Of a stretch of DNA of 36,262 nt, positions 1 to 11,995 are shown in pieces. The translations under genes and the position numbers were made by a program. This DNA is from Octopus bimaculoides (taxonomy: Eukaryota). Position 1 is the first letter of the stretch. Each line of letters starts with the position of its first letter. The stretch is taken from NCBI RefSeq assembly GCF_001194135.2, contig NC_068996.1, positions 57,274,953-57,311,214 of the forward strand, written 5' to 3'. The notes beneath the pieces were generated by a model. The model had not been told where the DNA came from. It made no database searches and saw only the letters and a list, made by a program, of their open reading frames with translations.

Positions 1-231
1 TATATTCTTTTATCTTTTATCTTTTACTTGTTTCAGTCATTTGACTGTGGCCATGCTGGAACACTGCTTTAAATTATTTTAGTCAAACAAATCAACCGCA
101 GGGCTTATTTTTTTAAGCCTAGTGCTTATTCTATTGATTTCTTTTGCCAAACTGCTAAGTTATGGGAATATAAACACCAACATCAGTTGTTAAGCAGTGA
201 TGGAGGCAGGGGACAATCACAGACACAAAGT

Positions 232-274
<43 letters not shown>

Positions 275-430
275 TTACGATGGGCTTCTTTCAGTTTCCA
301 TCTGCCAAATCTACTCACAAGGCTTTGGCCAAGCCAAGACTATTGCAGAATACACTTGCCTAAGGTGCCACACAGTGGGACTGAACCTGGAACCATGTGG
401 TTGGTAAGCAAACCTCTTACCCATACAGCC
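1..430 (-). mobile_element. tRNA-derived SINE with internal (TA)n(TG)n microsatellite
   Basis: Minus strand: Pol III-like head (ggctgtatgggtaagag...ggttcagtccc), core ccaaagccttgtgagtagatttggcagatggaaactgaaagaagcccatcgt, microsatellite, then tail cagtcaaatgactgaaacaagtaaaagataaaagataaaag. A second copy is at 22746-23076. Confidence 0.75.
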
Positions 431-1572
431 ATATATATATGATCAGGATTCCTTCAGTTCCCATTTATGAAATCTGCTCACAAAGTTTCCTTTAGCTCAG
501 GACTTTAGTAGATTACCAGCATGCCCAGCACATGAAAAACACATGGTTGAGAAGTGAACTTGCTAACCACACAACCATTCCTGCACCAGGACATGTCTAT
601 AAAATACTCAGCAATTAACACGGTAATCTGGTGAGCAGGGATCAGCAATATTAATTCAGTTGACCAAACAACCAAAAACTTACAGCTGGAAATTCCATTC
701 AAGGTCTCATTTGCTATCATCACCACCACCACCCCTTACAACAAAACAACAACCACCACCACCCCTTACAACAAAACAACAACCACCACCACCACTACTA
801 TCATCATCATCATTATCATCATCATCATCATTACATCTTATATTAAATTTTCAGAAAAATCAGTCTAGATTTAATTAATTTTGCTTCACTGAAAATTCTT
901 AATTAAAATAAATACCAAAGCAAGGAACCATAGACTGATTGCATATTGTCTTGGATGACCCAATTGATGTGTACGAAGCGACCTGGTGAAGATCTAAGCA
1001 GCACGGTGATGTATCAATTGCCAAGACATATTTTAAGTCTCAAAACAAATTCTGTGTGTGTGTGTGTGTGTGCGCGTGTGTGTGTGTGCGTGTGCGTGCA
1101 TACGTGTGTGCGTGCGTACGTGCGTGTGTGCGAGTGTGTGTGTACACACACGCAATAGGTATCCAACATGGTATAATGATTCTACCTCTGTAAGTAGAGG
1201 CAGTTCTGGAAATCTCACAAATGTGTTGTCTTGAATGACAAATTAAAGGATTAACTGAAGCATAAATTTGGAAAGATTAATTTCAAATTTTCCTGAGGTC
1301 TAAAGAAAATGTTCTGATACTCAGTATCAGGTCCAGGTTGCAGTCTATATATTGTCTCAGTTATTTAATCAGGAACTTTTGAAAAGTGTGTACGTAAACA
1401 ACAGCTTGTTCCATTCTATGCTAAAATTACAGTTCCAAGATGGCAATCACCTGATGGCTGCCTTTCTTATCTACAAAGGGTTTCCTTCTTATAATGCCAT
1501 CATTGGTGTCAATTGAAACAAATTTCTGTGTTAATTCCTAAGTTGTTCTCTGTTTTTGTATTTTATTTTCAG

Positions 1573-1731
1573 TTGGTACAGAGACAGGTGTCTCTACTGC
1601 CCCTGGGGTGTATCTTCGTGAGGACCCAATTTGTGGTACCCAGTTAGAGAATCAAAGTGAATTAAGGGCTCCAACTGCCGATCAGGCTGCTTACTACCTT
1701 GATGCAGCAATTGCAGCACGTTCAACATCTG
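1573..1731 (+). CDS. KIF26: KIF26/kinesin-11 family gene, internal exon (motor domain)
   Basis: Acceptor ttttattttcAG (1561-1572), donor GTgagt at 1732; 159 nt, phase 1-1. Encodes [53 protein letters not shown], matching the KIF26 motor segment [26 protein letters not shown] as I recall it. Missed by the ORF track. Confidence 0.93.
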
Positions 1732-1860
1732 GTGAGTATGGTGGTTTCATAAGTTTCATTTCTTCTTTTTTAAGATACAAATAAATACACACACACACAC
1801 ACACACACAAAGATACATATATACATATACACACAAACATGTGCATATACATACATTCTT

Positions 1861-1903
<43 letters not shown>

Positions 1904-2204
1904 TACACTCAGACACATACACATATACATATATGGGCAGACAGACCGGTAAGCAGGCGGCTGGCTGGATGGATGGATGGATTGATGGATTGATGGATGG
2001 ATGGGTGGATGGATTCCCACAGTTCCCATATACCAAATTCATTCACAAGGTATTGGGCAGCCCAACACTATGATGAGGATGATGGTAATCTCTCATTATC
2101 TTAGAACAATGATTCTGCAATTTCTTGCCAAATGACCTGCCCAAATGATTCGTTTATAGAAATCAAATGTCTGTGCTGTACTTCAGCTCATTCCTTCCAT
2201 CAGA

Positions 2205-2379
2205 TCAATGTTGCCTGAACAGGTGCACAAATGTGCCATGCATCAGGTGTCAAAATAATCATAATCATAGATCCATGTGAGATGAAGTGTTTGACTCAAG
2301 AACACAATGTATCACCCAGTCCATAAATTGAAACCATGATCACTCTATCGTAAGTGCAAACACCATAACCACTAGGCCA
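2205..2379 (-). mobile_element. Degenerate tRNA-head SINE fragment
   Basis: Reverse complement starts tggcctagtggttatggtgtttgcac...catggtttcaatt...cattgtgttcttgagtcaaacacttcat; similar to the copy at 7172-7459. Confidence 0.55.
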
Positions 2380-3539
2380 TGCCCCTTCTTAATCCAGGAT
2401 TATGGTAAACAACAATTGGCTACGGTTCTGCTCAGAAGACTGAACCTGAAACCATGTGGTTTGAAACAAAAATTCTAAATAAACTTATGCAATGGCCTCC
2501 TAACCATCATCGGTCATTAACTCAAGAGACTCTGATCACTTCCTCACTTCAATTTTAAAACTTCCACCAGTCAAAAGCAACAACTCATACAGTTACATAC
2601 TGCAAGTACATGTATACATGTACTAATCTAGGCAGGGGGACTTAATTCTTCAGTTGTAGGGTAATAATCTCTGCAGGCAGACTTAATCTTGGGTGTTAGA
2701 TTTAATCCAGTTTAACATCACCACCTTACACCTTCAAGTACTGTTGCAGACAGTCAGGTTAGGCCTCCTGTTCAAGGTTTCTTTCTTCCTTCCCTCTCAC
2801 TCATCTTATTGTGACCTTATAAAGGGATCTTATGAACTGCCTTTCTCTTTCATTGAAGATATAAAAAAAAGTACACAGTACAAGACATTAATACTAATTA
2901 AATATATACTCATACATGACAGTATGATATATCTAATATATACATACAAATCACCTAGCTTTCGTATTAATCTATAAAATACGAAAATGTTTTAAGAATA
3001 TACAATGAGCTAAGGTAACTAATTCAAGTGAACCCATGGCATGAATCTAAATAAATCGGAGGTGATTTACTGAATAAAAAAATTTAAACTTTACTACTGT
3101 GTTGGAAAAGGTAAAAATGCAACCAAGTAGCAATTGTTTGCGACTCCCAATGAAACAGGGGGGGATAATTTTTAGAAATTAAGAAGTAATTTCTCAAAGT
3201 TGATTTACATGCTCAGGAGGAAAATCTGATATTTGCAGTAAAAATGAACAGTATTCAGCTAAAGCCTTCACAGTTGCTCCAGATGTTAGACCTTACTCTC
3301 ACTAAGGAACCTCTACTGGTGTAAACATATCTTTACAACTGCACATTCTAAAGAGTAGGCTTTAAAAATATTTCAAATGCCAACAATTGTCAATACTCTA
3401 CAAAGCTGAATTGAGGCCCACGACAAAGTATTGCTCTCATAGTTAGGATGGTTTTGCTTCTAAACATACATCCTGGACCACACCCAGATAAAGGTGACAA
3501 ATCTCTATTAGTGACTGAATTGGAATTCAATCTCTAATG

Positions 3540-3790
3540 GAGATTTGTCAGTCCTTGCCCACAAACATGTTGTCTCCTCTCTATATTGCTATTAAAATGA
3601 CTTCTGTTCCTTGGGGCTGGCTGGTCATTCTTCACTGCTCAGCTCCTCTCCACTACATACTAACCATTGTGTTGAATCCTTTTCACTCTAAAATACCATT
3701 CCTCTGGAATTTTCTCCCTATTTATGTGTTTCTTGCATGAGTTGAACCTACAACACCTTAAATGGATTATTAATAACATCAAATTTACTG
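3540..3790 (+). mobile_element. Possible decayed CR1/L2/Jockey-group LINE ORF2 C-terminus
   Basis: ORF 3537-3740 ends ...SKIPFLWNFLPIYVF, resembling the LWNxLP motif at the end of CR1-group ORF2. Single short motif only. Confidence 0.3.
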
Positions 3791-4462
3791 GTCTCAGAAG
3801 AAGCATGAAAAGATCATAGGCACTGCTCCTTTCTCCAGATTCATTGAGTTAAAACAGAGATGAATGGGATCAATTTGAATGGGATCAATTTGAATTTGTT
3901 TGATCAGTTGTTAAAGGTTTTTACACAGGAAAAAATTACAATAAATTTATTGGCCGATCATTAATTGATATAAGGTCAATGAATTATTGGCCAGTCGTTA
4001 ATGATATAATAAGCTAAGGGAAATAATTCAAGTGAAATTGATTTTTTTTTTCCATTTCAGCATTTAAATTGATATTTTTGTGAAATCAGCTCTTAATTCA
4101 AGACAATATGTATATACAACAATATATATGTTCTTTCTTAATTTATCTGACATATTCAAATGTGTATAAATGTATTAATCACTGTTTTTTTATTTTGTTT
4201 TTGTGTCTTCAGAGTAAACTGCTTCTTCCTCAAAGACAATATGTGTTCATAGCACTTGATTCACTGATATAAGGGTAGTGTGAGACACCATGATATTTCA
4301 ACCTGTATGTCTTTAGTGAAAACTACCCCTATGTCAATAAACCTAAACTTGAGTAGTCACTTCTCTGTTAGGATTCACCAACATAGTTTTTTTTATGCTG
4401 GTGTCTGCCAAACGAATAAAAAATTACCATTGTGCATACAGTGTGTAGATTTAACAACAATG

Positions 4463-4730
4463 ATCATCATCATCATCATCATCGTTTAACGTCCGCTTTC
4501 CATGCTAGCATGGGTTGAACGATTTGACTGAGGACTGGTGAAACCGGATGGCAACACCAGGCTCCAATCTAAATTTGGCAGAGTTTCTACAGCTGGATGC
4601 CCTTCCTAACGCCAACCACTCAGAGAGTGTAGTGGGTGCTTTTACATGTCACCTGCATGAAGGCCAGTCAGGCGATACTGGCAACGGCCACGCTCAAAAT
4701 GGTGTCTTTTATGTTCCACCCACACAATGA
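4463..4730 (-). mobile_element. RTE LINE 3' tail, (GAT)n-terminated
   Basis: Reverse complement matches the 3' end of the RTE copy at 24443-24646 (cacccactacactct...aggaagggcatccagctgtagaaactctgcc...ggacgttaaacgatgatgat). Confidence 0.85.
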
Positions 4731-5175
4731 TGTATATTTATTTTTTAAACATTCTTTTCCTCTTTTCTTTTTGTTTAAATTGTCTACCCTTTTCTTTGAG
4801 ACCCATTTTTGTCACTGAAATACTCACAAATAATTTCACAATTTTGGTTATAGAATAATTCCTGCCATGATGTTTATGGGATCTCTATCCATCCATTCTG
4901 ATGATGTTTTCTAAAGAGATTCCTCCAAGTCTGTACAAAATTAGGGATTCAGCTATTTAGTTTTTTTCCCTCTTTCAGCAATTTCCTAGGATCAATTCAA
5001 TTTTTTATTTAGCTGTGTTCACTCTTTAAAAATCTATAACTCAGTGCAAAATATCTTTTATATGTGCTTAGAAATATCTAATACTTGGTATAAAGTCTCA
5101 ATGCACTCCTTTAGCAATGCAGTCTTGCCTGTACTTATGCTCCTTTTCTGCTAGCTTACTGCACTCACTCAAGAT

Positions 5176-5756
5176 ATTATTATTATTATTATTATTATTA
5201 TTGAGTGAGAGAGCAGTGCATGCCATCAAAGTGACACTGGGGTAAAATATACAAAGCCCATTATACCCATCATGACTACCCGTCTGATAAGGATACACCA
5301 GGCACATGCATAACAACCATATGTGCGCGATATGGAGATCTCACATCAAGATAAACAGCGCATGACCTCGCAGGTGGGGCCCAGTTAGAATTTTCTTCAG
5401 GTCGAGTAGCCCATCCTGGTCAAAAGGTCCCTGAATAAGGTTTGTTTAAGGATGTTGAGCAAAACACCCATGTTTCCAGAGGTGAATTATTCAAACCCCA
5501 AAGAACTCCTCTCAACACATGGCTATGATGCTCCCCCACTACTTCTGCTCATGATCAGAGATGCACATATCATCAGCCACCAAGGGACATGCTCAACTGG
5601 CTAAGGTCAAACAAATGACAAGCAAATCTGTGGTATTGAGCAGAATATTTGTTGTAGCCCATCTTTTATACGAAGACAAAACAATGTACATGATAACACT
5701 TCCAATCAATTAAGATCAAAAGCCATAAGAGCCACTGCCTGGTACTGCATCCGGGC
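5176..5756 (-). mobile_element. Unclassified ~580-bp non-coding interspersed element ending in (TAA)n
   Basis: More GC-rich than its flanks, with no useful ORF; bounded by a perfect (TTA)n tract at 5176-5202 and a degenerate one near 5757-5775. I recognise it as an octopus repeat, but only one copy is in this window. Confidence 0.45.
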
Positions 5757-5769
5757 ATTTATATTTATC

Positions 5770-6251
5770 ATTATTTTTGTTCAACATTTATTAGTTTCAA
5801 GCAAATTTCTCCTGCATCACCAACTACATCTCAGTTGCTGGAGTTTGTGCAGCACTGTGTGTTCTTTTTGATGTTGGGAGTGTGCAAACTCTTCCAGTAT
5901 TGCATCAGTTTTTTTTTTGTTGTTGTTTCATGAGGTGTGGGGTGCAGTTTTTTGTTGTATTAGTATTTGTATTGTGCATTGTATGTGTAATGTGTTGGGT
6001 ATCCGGCTTAGTGGTGGTCTTTGATTTCATTGGATATTTGCTGTATAGAGTGCGCCTTGTGTTTGTGGATTATTTTGTTTAGGTTGTATTATTTAATTGA
6101 TAGTATCTTGCATAAGATGTGGGCTGTTCCTAGTAAGGCTATTTTTTGGACAGTGTGTAGTGTTGAGGATCCAGGTATAGCTTCTATGTTTTTGTTCATA
6201 TGTTTTTTTTTATCATACTCAATGCTCCAATTATTACTGGTTATTATTATT
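5770..6251 (-). mobile_element. 5'-truncated R4/Dong-clade (RLE) non-LTR retrotransposon remnant
   Basis: Minus 6240-6089 encodes PVIIGALSMIKK...IEAIPGSSTLHTVQKIALLGTAHILCKILSIK*, the typical RLE C-terminus; (TAA)n at the 5' junction (6241-6251). The 3' UTR extent is approximate. Confidence 0.75.
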
Positions 6252-6379
6252 TGTTATCAGTACTGTCTGTTGAGTGGATACTTGAATACCATTATAGCCC
6301 TATTCTTTACAAAACACATTCTTTTAATTCCTCTCCAGCCTCCCTAAACTACCCATTCTACATAATAAGTCCAACAAGT

Positions 6380-6620
6380 GGTGAATTGACAAAGTCATTA
6401 GACAGACAGACAGAATGCCTTGTGGTATTTGTTGCAAGTCTTTATACTTTCAGTTCAAATTCCAGCATAATCAACTTTGCCTTTCATCCATTGAGGACTG
6501 AATGAACCAATCTGGGTTTGTGGTTTGACAGAACTGCCAGAGAATTGGATTGGATACCTTGTGATATTTGTTCCCATTCTTTGCATTCTGAGTTCAAATC
6601 TCACCATGGTCCACTACTTA
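6380..6620 (+). mobile_element. Two degenerate tRNA/CORE-like SINE fragments in tandem
   Basis: Each has a B-box-like (g)agttcaaat; the first is followed by caactttgcctttcatcc, a CORE-like segment. Confidence 0.5.
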
Positions 6621-6777
6621 GGTGGTAGAAGTAATCTATTGTTTTTTACAACCACCTGGAAGTATGGATGCCTTTAGTTGTGGAGTACAAACTGTTGCGA
6701 GCGGTCAGTGTAGGTCTTTGGTTTGAGAATACTTTCATTCCTGACCTGCCCCACTAGTCTGACTAAAATAGGTGAAA

Positions 6778-6813
<36 letters not shown>

Positions 6814-6855
6814 ACACACACACGCATGCATATGTGTGTGTGTGTGTGTGTATAT

Positions 6856-7127
6856 NNNNNNNNNNNNNNNNNNNNNNNNNNNNNNNNNNNNNNNNNNNNN
6901 NNNNNNNNNNNNNNNNNNNNNNNNNNNNNNNNNNNNNNNNNNNNNNNNNNNNNNNNNNNNNNNNNNNNNNNNNNNNNNNNNNNNNNNNNNNNNNNNNNNN
7001 NNNNNNNNNNNNNNNNNNNNNNNNNNNNNNNNNNNNNNNNNNNNNNNNNNNNNNNNNNNNNNNNNNNNNNNNNNNNNNNNNNNNNNNNNNNNNNNNNNNN
7101 NNNNNNNNNNNNNNNNNNNNNNNNNNN
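6856..7127. other. Assembly gap (N run)
   Basis: Ns flanked by microsatellite-like sequence. Confidence 1.
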
Positions 7128-7171
7128 ATATATTTATTTATTTATTTATATATACACATATATATATATAT

Positions 7172-7459
7172 CACATGGTCATGTGATTGACCAGACTATC
7201 AGATGTTGTTATACATTTCTGAATGCAACGTGTCTTGCATTATTTTAGCTTTTGAATGATGCCATCTTGTTAGATGAGCAGGACAACATTCCCTTTGATT
7301 TGAAAGCTGGTCCATCATAGGGTGACCCATTTACAGCCGAGTGGCCTGGGGCAACAGGAAATGAAGTGTTTTGCTCAACAACACAATGCACTGCTCAGTC
7401 CAGGAATCAAACCCATGACCTCGTGATCCTGAATGCAACACCCTAACCACTAAACCATG
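7172..7459 (-). mobile_element. tRNA-derived CORE-like SINE
   Basis: Reverse complement: A box tggtttagtggttag, B box ggtttgattcc, then gtgttgttgagcaaaacacttcatttcctgttgccccaggccactcggctgtaaatggg (CORE-like). Confidence 0.7.
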
Positions 7460-7765
7460 AATAAGTAGTGACATAAAATTCCCAAATATTTTGCTAACTT
7501 GCAGTGCTGAGTTTTAAATTTTGTTGTTGTAACAAGAGATGAAGTGGGTCTTTTACTGTCTGACAGAGAAGTCACTAACACTGATTATGTATTGAAGGAT
7601 ATTTGGAATTAGGAAAACATGATAAATACAAAAAAAAACACGTTTTTCAAGGATGTAGGGGCTCTTTCGTATTTGGGGGGGGGGGGCACGCTGAAAATTC
7701 AAAATCCATTTTAAAATTATTACAATAAATGGTTCCATGTCTTAATTCTGATTTTTCTTTCACAG

Positions 7766-7858
7766 ATGAAGAAGAATTGCGCCATTCTCATTTGCTCTTT
7801 ACTTTACATGTTTACCAATATCGTGTAGAAAAGGCAAACAAATCTGGACTTCCAGGAG
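7766..7858 (+). CDS. KIF26: KIF26 internal exon (switch-I-equivalent region)
   Basis: Acceptor ttttctttcacAG, donor GTatgt at 7859; 93 nt, phase 1-1. Encodes [31 protein letters not shown] (KIF26-type xSHxxFTLHxYQYRxEK); in frame with the previous exon (G|AT = Asp). Confidence 0.93.
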
Positions 7859-8040
7859 GTATGTTTATTTTTGTAGTTTTTTTTTTTTATATATTTTATT
7901 ATAACAAAAGAAATTCTCTCCTTGTTTTTTTCTGCTTTTCAGGCATTCCAAGACCAAATTCAGAATTTCAGTTAGCAAGACATGTCAATGAGCTATTTTT
8001 AATTGCAGATAGATCCAATTAGTGATTCTCAAAAGAAACA

Positions 8041-8310
8041 TAAATAATAATAATATAATAGGGGCACTCAGAGAAATCAGAGAAATTGGAATTGACATGA
8101 GAGCAAAGAAAGCCCCAAAAACTGCTCTGCTGGGGGACAGCTAGAGACTGGTACTTGGGTGTCGAATGTGTCCCATGATAATTAATAACCAATTATCAAA
8201 GCTTGGAAAGAGACCCTGTGAGACCTCTGACAGCAGGCTTCTGTCTGCTCTCACAGAATCTACCACACCAAACTTGACCAAACTTTCTGACAAGTAAAAC
8301 AATAATAACA
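8041..8310 (+). mobile_element. Short R4/Dong-clade RLE retroelement remnant
   Basis: IIGALREIREIGIDMRAKKAPKTALLG(frameshift)TAR; TAA tracts on both sides (8043-8060 and about 8301-8310). Confidence 0.6.
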
Positions 8311-8660
8311 AGAGCACTCAGAGAGCGCAAACCTCTGTCAAGGCAACACCAACGTCTTCTCAATGATTAGCCAGAAATGATTTTTAAAATGAGAATATCT
8401 GAAATAAACTTGACTGCTCTCACAAATGAGAATACTAAAAATGAACCCGACCGCTCTCAAAAATTAAGTAAAAAAAATCAGGAAAATAATCCATAATCCT
8501 TGTCCGGTACCTGATCGATCCCAATGGTAGTCATGGAATGTGAAGGTGGATATAGAAAATTTAGTGACAGTAATAAATAGCTAATCCTTATCTAATACAA
8601 GCCAAAGTTAATAAATTCACCATTCAAAATAGTTTCAAAGGCAGAGGTAATGATAATAAG
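8310..8660 (-). mobile_element. Helentron/HINE-like non-autonomous element, internally disrupted copy
   Basis: Shares aaaataatccxxaatccttgtccg with 9060-9085 and the terminal aggcagaggtaatgat (8639-8654) with 9241-9256. Confidence 0.5.
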
Positions 8661-9054
8661 TTCTTGTCAGGAATTTTTAAATGAATAGCATGAGACCTTT
8701 TTTTTTTCTCTTCTCTTAAATTCCGGCCTTTCTTTAGTATTCCTGTTGTTTTAGATTGTTGTATAGATGTATGTATATATCTAAGTATACTGTAAAGTGT
8801 AAATATGTATGTATAATATATAATATATATATATTATAAAAATATGTTCATGCTATTTAATTTCTAAATGATTTTGCTGCCATTTGTTTATGTAGCTTGG
8901 TTTCTTTATCAGTTTCTACTAAGTTTCTACTAAGATAGAGATGCAAGTAAAATTAATAATAAACGAAAATAAAACTTTGGAAACTGCCTAAAGGGAGATA
9001 AATGAGGAAGACTTGAAAGTCAACATAAGATCGTAATCATGTAAAGTAAAGTAA

Positions 9055-9252
9055 GTATAAAAAATAATCCAAAATCCTTGTCCGCGTATCAGGTCGATTC
9101 CAAAATCTAATCAGTTTGTGCCAGTCACGAGGCCAAACATCCCTGAAAGTTTCATCTGAATCCATCCAGCAGTTCTTGAGATATCTTGTCCACAGACAAA
9201 CAAATAAACATGACTGCAAACAATACCTCCGCCTTCGCTGAGGCAGAGGTAA
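9055..9252 (-). mobile_element. Helentron/HINE (DINE-1-like) non-autonomous element
   Basis: Terminal GC-rich hairpin acctccgcctt-cgct-gaggcagaggt, short (ttgt)n tract, and core (reverse complement) atctcaagaactgctggatggattcagatgaaacttt, matching the HINE/DINE architecture. The class assignment is from recall. Confidence 0.55.
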
Positions 9253-9277
9253 TGATGATAATAATAATGATAATAAT

Positions 9278-9630
9278 AATAATTGATGTGGCAGTGCCAG
9301 GAGATCGATATATGGTCATGAAAGAAGGAGAAAGGGTTTATAACTATGGACCTGAGAATTGAGATTGCTAAGATGTGGCAGCTACAAGAGTCAAACATAA
9401 AGGTTATCCCTATTGTCATCAGAGCATTGGGTTCAACACCACCCAATCTGAACAAAACATCTACAAACTTTAGAAATACCCTACAATCTAGGTGTATTGC
9501 AAAAGTCAGCATTACTTGGAACTGCACACATATTGCGTAAAGTACTGTCTGTCTGAGATCCTTGTTGTGACTTGACAAACAGTACAAACCCCCCACTAGA
9601 CACAACATCTTCAATCAACAACCTCAAGGA
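9278..9630 (+). mobile_element. 5'-truncated R4/Dong-clade RLE retrotransposon remnant
   Basis: IIDVAVPGDRYMVMKE..(fs)MDLRIEIAKMWQLQESNIKVIPIVIRALGS..(fs)KHLQTLEIPYNLGVLQKSALLGTAHILRKVLSV* (stop ends at about 9555); preceded by a (TAA/TGA)n tract at 9250-9283. Confidence 0.8.
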
Positions 9631-9639
9631 CATATGTAG

Positions 9640-10546
<907 letters not shown>

Positions 10547-10550
10547 CCTT

Positions 10551-10745
10551 GTCATCATTGTCATTGTTTAGCATCTGTCTTCTATACTGGCATGGGATGA
10601 ACAGTTTGACAGGATCTGACAAGTTCAAGGATTCTATTGTGTTCCAATTGTCTGCTTAGGAAAGGCTTCGACACCTGGTTACCCTTCCTAATGCCAACCA
10701 CTTCACAGAGTGGACTGGATACATTTTATGTGACACAAGCACTAG
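10551..10745 (-). mobile_element. Diverged RTE-type 3' tail
   Basis: cccttcctaatgccaaccacttcacagagtg and gcatgggatgaacagtttgac match the reverse complement of the RTE tail. Confidence 0.65.
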
Positions 10746-10983
10746 TGAGGTTACTATACAGTTCATAAGACATTCCCTTTGAATGAGAGTAGGGGTTATG
10801 GTAGAGAGGAAGAGAGGGTAGGTGGGGGGAACCACGAGAGAAGAATCTAGAACAGGTTACTTGCTGTAGAGAAGCTATTTATGTTATATAAAAAAGGGTG
10901 GGAGTGACTAGGGTGGAACTGGGAAGAGATAAAAATACTGATGATGTGACATTTAGTTTAATCGTCAATATATGAAATAGATA

Positions 10984-11020
<37 letters not shown>

Positions 11021-11030
11021 GTATATCCAT

Positions 11031-11293
11031 ATCATCATCAATGAACGTCCGTTTTCCATGCTGGCATGGGTTAGACGGTTTGACTGAGGTCTGGAAAGCC
11101 AGCAGCTGCACCAGGCTCCAGTCTGGCCTGGCAGAGTTTCTACAGCCTGATGTCCTTCCTAACGCCAACCACTCCGAGAGTGTAGTCAGTGCTTTTTATG
11201 TGCCACTGGCACAGGAACCAGTAAGGTGGACCTGGCAACAAACACGTTCAGATGGTGCTTTTTTAAGTACCACTGGCACAGGAGCCAGTGAAT
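11031..11293 (-). mobile_element. RTE LINE 3' tail running into a gap
   Basis: atcatcatcaatgaacgtccgttttccatgctggcatgggtt...ccttcctaacgccaaccactccgagagtgtagt is the reverse complement of the tail. Confidence 0.85.
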
Positions 11294-11995
11294 NNNNNNN
11301 NNNNNNNNNNNNNNNNNNNNNNNNNNNNNNNNNNNNNNNNNNNNNNNNNNNNNNNNNNNNNNNNNNNNNNNNNNNNNNNNNNNNNNNNNNNNNNNNNNNN
11401 NNNNNNNNNNNNNNNNNNNNNNNNNNNNNNNNNNNNNNNNNNNNNNNNNNNNNNNNNNNNNNNNNNNNNNNNNNNNNNNNNNNNNNNNNNNNNNNNNNNN
11501 NNNNNNNNNNNNNNNNNNNNNNNNNNNNNNNNNNNNNNNNNNNNNNNNNNNNNNNNNNNNNNNNNNNNNNNNNNNNNNNNNNNNNNNNNNNNNNNNNNNN
11601 NNNNNNNNNNNNNNNNNNNNNNNNNNNNNNNNNNNNNNNNNNNNNNNNNNNNNNNNNNNNNNNNNNNNNNNNNNNNNNNNNNNNNNNNNNNNNNNNNNNN
11701 NNNNNNNNNNNNNNNNNNNNNNNNNNNNNNNNNNNNNNNNNNNNNNNNNNNNNNNNNNNNNNNNNNNNNNNNNNNNNNNNNNNNNNNNNNNNNNNNNNNN
11801 NNNNNNNNNNNNNNNNNNNNNNNNNNNNNNNNNNNNNNNNNNNNNNNNNNNNNNNNNNNNNNNNNNNNNNNNNNNNNNNNNNNNNNNNNNNNNNNNNNNN
11901 NNNNNNNNNNNNNNNNNNNNNNNNNNNNNNNNNNNNNNNNNNNNNNNNNNNNNNNNNNNNNNNNNNNNNNNNNNNNNNNNNNNNNNNNNNNNNNN
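11294..11995. other. Assembly gap (N run)
   Basis: Ns. Confidence 1.

Noticed and set aside
718-835. Pro/Gln/Ser-rich ORF 660-878 with a 33-bp duplication
   Set aside because: Trinucleotide microsatellite expansion with no splice or homology support.
1694-2029. Minus-strand ORF ending [16 protein letters not shown], resembling the mariner YSPDL motif
   Set aside because: Antisense of the KIF26 exon and donor plus microsatellites; the motif is coincidental.
2605-2624. Perfect 20-bp palindrome agtacatgtatacatgtact
   Set aside because: Built from TACA/TGTA simple-repeat units common in this genome; expected by chance.
4280-4489. Possible CR1-like C-terminal remnant
   Set aside because: Resemblance too weak; the diagnostic WNxLP motif is not intact.
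5701-5735. taagatcaa, shared with the U2 snRNA 5' region
   Set aside because: Only about 9 nt match; no branch-pairing or Sm-site context.
6723-7248. Long ORFs spanning N runs (also 11041-12130, 15895-17087 and 33060-34508)
   Set aside because: Artefacts of stop-free N gaps and dinucleotide repeats.
7380-7459. A/B-box tRNA-like sequence as a tRNA gene
   Set aside because: No complete cloverleaf, and it continues into a SINE core; it is a SINE head.
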